Below, in pieces: positions 46,179 through 48,188 of a stretch of DNA of 48,188 nt (position 1 is the first letter of the stretch; every line of letters starts with the position of its first letter). The DNA is taken from positions 1 through 48,188 of the forward strand of contig JAUWPI010000002.1 of NCBI GenBank assembly GCA_030611665.1. Direction: 5' to 3'. A program made the position numbers and the translations under genes. The DNA is from Candidatus Heimdallarchaeota archaeon. GTDB lineage: Archaea; Asgardarchaeota; Heimdallarchaeia; Heimdallarchaeales; Heimdallarchaeaceae. The notes beneath the pieces were generated by a model, which saw only the letters and a program-made list of their open reading frames with translations, was not told where the DNA came from and searched no databases.

Positions 46179-47393
46179 TTATTCCTTTTTATATGCAATT
46201 TCTCCATTAATGAAAGTAATTTGGTTTTCTGCATAGAAGTTTTCTAATGGATGTTCAGTCCAAATAACTAAATCTGCGTCTTTACCAGGCTCTATACTTC
46301 CAAGTCTATCTTCAACTTTAATCATCTTAGCGGCATTAATTGTAATTGCTTTTAGCGCTTCATTAATGGGTAAGCCCTCTTTTATTGCCATACAAGGGAG
46401 AATTTGGAAATGACGAAGCCTTGTAAAGGAATCACTTTGTATAGAGATTCTAACGCCAGCTTTCCATAATTTAACTGGGGTTTCAAAACTAATATTGCGT
46501 AATTCTACCTTTTCAAAACCAACAAGTGAAGGTCCGACCGAAACTGGAACACCTTTCTTTGCAATATAATCCGCAATTTTATGTCCTTCAGTTGCATGAA
46601 TAAGCATCAATTCAACATCAAATTCTTCAGCTAAACGAATAGCAGTAACAATATCATTTGCCTGATGACAATGGAAGTTCAGTGGTATTTCTCTGTTTAA
46701 TACTTTTACTAGAGCTTCTTTACCAAGATCACGTTCTGGTTCAGATGGCATTTTTTCTATATCATTAGTTTCTTCTGCTTTTACTTTCTTTTTCTCATAT
46801 TCTTGCCATTTTTTAGCATAGTTTTGAGCATCTACAAAGGCTTTGCGAAAAACAGCTGCTGTTCCCATTCTAGTTGAAGGTAGTTTTTTATCTGTACCAT
46901 AGACGTTTTTTGGATTTTCTCCTAGAGCAGCTTTCATAGATGAAGGAGTTTTTACAATCAAATCATCTACAATATTGCTTTTACAATAAGTTTTGATGAT
47001 AGTATCTGTTCCTCCAATAACGTTTCCACTTCCTGGACCTGTCTGAATTGTGGTAACTCCACCAATTCTAGCTTCAAGTAGTCCGGGATCTTCAGGGTTT
47101 ATGGCATCTAATGCTCTAACATATGCAGTTGCTGGATCAGTCATCTCATTTCCATCAAAACCTGCCCAACCAACCGAACCATCAAAGAGTCCCTGATGAG
47201 TATGAGTATCGATAAAACCCGGTAGAACAATTTTCCCTTCCGCATCTATTACTTCGTATCCTTCTGGAATTGATGTTGTTCCATCGGTTATCGCTTCTAT
47301 TTTTCCATCTTTAATCAAGATGGTTCCATTTTCTATGATTTCTTCATTTTCATTAACGGTAATTATTTTACCTTTAACAATAGCAAATTTCAT
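46179..47393 (-). CDS. Metal-dependent amidohydrolase
   Basis: PGFIDTHTH, the HATE/HCH histidine contexts, C-terminal GKDADLVIW and an N-terminal beta-sandwich. Confidence 0.8.
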   Translation of the reverse strand: MKFAIVKGKIITVNENEEIIENGTILIKDGKIEAITDGTTSIPEGYEVIDAEGKIVLPGFIDTHTHQGLFDGSVGWAGFDGNEMTDPATAYVRALDAINPEDPGLLEARIGGVTTIQTGPGSGNVIGGTDTIIKTYCKSNIVDDLIVKTPSSMKAALGENPKNVYGTDKKLPSTRMGTAAVFRKAFVDAQNYAKKWQEYEKKKVKAEETNDIEKMPSEPERDLGKEALVKVLNREIPLNFHCHQANDIVTAIRLAEEFDVELMLIHATEGHKIADYIAKKGVPVSVGPSLVGFEKVELRNISFETPVKLWKAGVRISIQSDSFTRLRHFQILPCMAIKEGLPINEALKAITINAAKMIKVEDRLGSIEPGKDADLVIWTEHPLENFYAENQITFINGEIAYKKE

Positions 47394-47576
47394 CTTAATT
47401 ATGTTTCATTCAAAGGAATTTTTAAACCTATTTGAAGGAAGATGAGATGTTCCTTGACAGCTCTTGTAAAGTAGGGAAATATCTCTTGGAAGAACAAAAG
47501 GAAGTAAAATGACTAATTAATCCTCAAAGAGAGTAGGGTTTAAAAATTAAATTGTTTGTTTACCTATTGTGATTAT

Positions 47577-47912
47577 ATGACTGTTGATTTAATTGAACGA
47601 CTAAAAGAATTTGGAAAAAAGATGAAAGACTGGGACAAAATGAAGACAAGCGTTCTTGGCGTTTCTATTGTTAAACTCCCCACAAAAGGAGAAGATCTCA
47701 ACTTTGGATTAGAGCTGATAGCAGTTAATGAAGATGGTACTACATTGAAAAAAAAAGGTGTGTACATTACCTCATTAGAACAATGGGAATCATTCAAATC
47801 GATACTCAATAACGAAAAAGCGCATGATCTTATAAAAAACATTGATAACATGAGAAAACAAAAAGCAGTCACAAATACGTCTGAAGATAATGGAGAAGTA
47901 TTAGAATTATAA
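47577..47912 (+). CDS. Hypothetical protein
   Basis: 111 aa from the ATG at 47577 (the track uses the TTG at 47556). No recognisable family. Confidence 0.4.
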   Translation: MTVDLIERLKEFGKKMKDWDKMKTSVLGVSIVKLPTKGEDLNFGLELIAVNEDGTTLKKKGVYITSLEQWESFKSILNNEKAHDLIKNIDNMRKQKAVTNTSEDNGEVLEL

Positions 47913-47934
47913 ACTCTTTCAAGAGGTTATTTAC

Positions 47935-48188
47935 ATGAAAGCCATCCTTTTAGCAGCTGGTGAGGGATTAAGGTTAAGACCTTTAACTGAAAATGTTCCT
48001 AAACCATTATTGAAAGTTCTAGATAAAACAATTCTCGAGAGATCAATAAACAACTTATCAAAATGTGGAGTTGAAGGTTTTGTTATAATTACTAATTATA
48101 AAGAAGAAAAAATCAAAAAACACATTCTAGATAAATTCCCTTCTTTAGATATTGTTTTTGTGCACCAACCAGAAATAAAAGGTACTGG
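47935..48188 (+). CDS. Sugar-1-phosphate nucleotidyltransferase (partial, continues beyond the window)
   Basis: MKAILLAAGEGLRLRPLTENVPKPLL is the classic G-x-G-T/L-R-L NTP-transferase N-terminus. GAGGT lies upstream of the ATG. Confidence 0.75.
   Translation, partial: MKAILLAAGEGLRLRPLTENVPKPLLKVLDKTILERSINNLSKCGVEGFVIITNYKEEKIKKHILDKFPSLDIVFVHQPEIKGT

Noticed and set aside
1-48188. A search by eye for tRNA/rRNA-like GC-rich blocks, IS/transposase or integrase genes, CRISPR arrays, inteins in the large genes (IleRS, RfcL, ABCE1, Dna2-like) and toxin-antitoxin or defence-type gene pairs
   Set aside because: None were seen. All intergenic regions are short (at most ~300 nt) and AT-rich. The large proteins have normal lengths without Hint/endonuclease inserts, and no nuclease/ATPase defence-style operon is apparent.

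Overview
The window is a strongly AT-rich archaeal chromosomal segment with about 50 genes on both strands. I saw no rRNA, tRNA, CRISPR array or mobile element. Most genes belong to the conserved archaeal informational core.

- Exosome superoperon, 16.6-21.0 kb: SBDS, Rrp4, Rrp41, Rrp42, eL43, Brix, Pcc1.
- Ribosomal proteins: eL15, eS6, uS15, eS1.
- Other core genes: TFB, RFC large subunit, ABCE1, IleRS, RNase P proteins Rpp30 and Pop5, dCMP deaminase, ITPase, TrmO, Obg-like GTPase, AglH-type glycosyltransferase.
- Start and promoter signals: many genes use TTG or GTG starts preceded by GGAGG/GGTG-type sites. TTTAAATA-like TATA boxes sit about 50 nt upstream of several starts.

Several eukaryote-like or otherwise unusual genes are scattered through this ordinary background.

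1. A Dna2-type nuclease plus SF1 helicase carries a C-terminal RING-H2-like finger (4466-7450).
2. A cysteine-free E2 variant (UEV) is joined to a coiled coil and a Vps23-core-like tail, giving a TSG101-like layout (25444-26100).
3. A RecJ/GAN homolog next to rps15 has lost most DHH catalytic residues, as in Cdc45 (41801-43351).
4. A 747-aa TrmB-type wHTH protein contains an alpha-helical insert of roughly 550 residues (7875-10118).
5. There are two Pcc1-family paralogs, a WD40 propeller and a Nei-like glycosylase.

Two elements are absent from the ORF track: a 57-aa 2x[4Fe-4S] ferredoxin (7566-7739) and a well-formed C/D box sRNA candidate (34378-34441).

The combination suggests an Asgard (Loki-like) archaeon. 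That assignment is an inference from gene content only.
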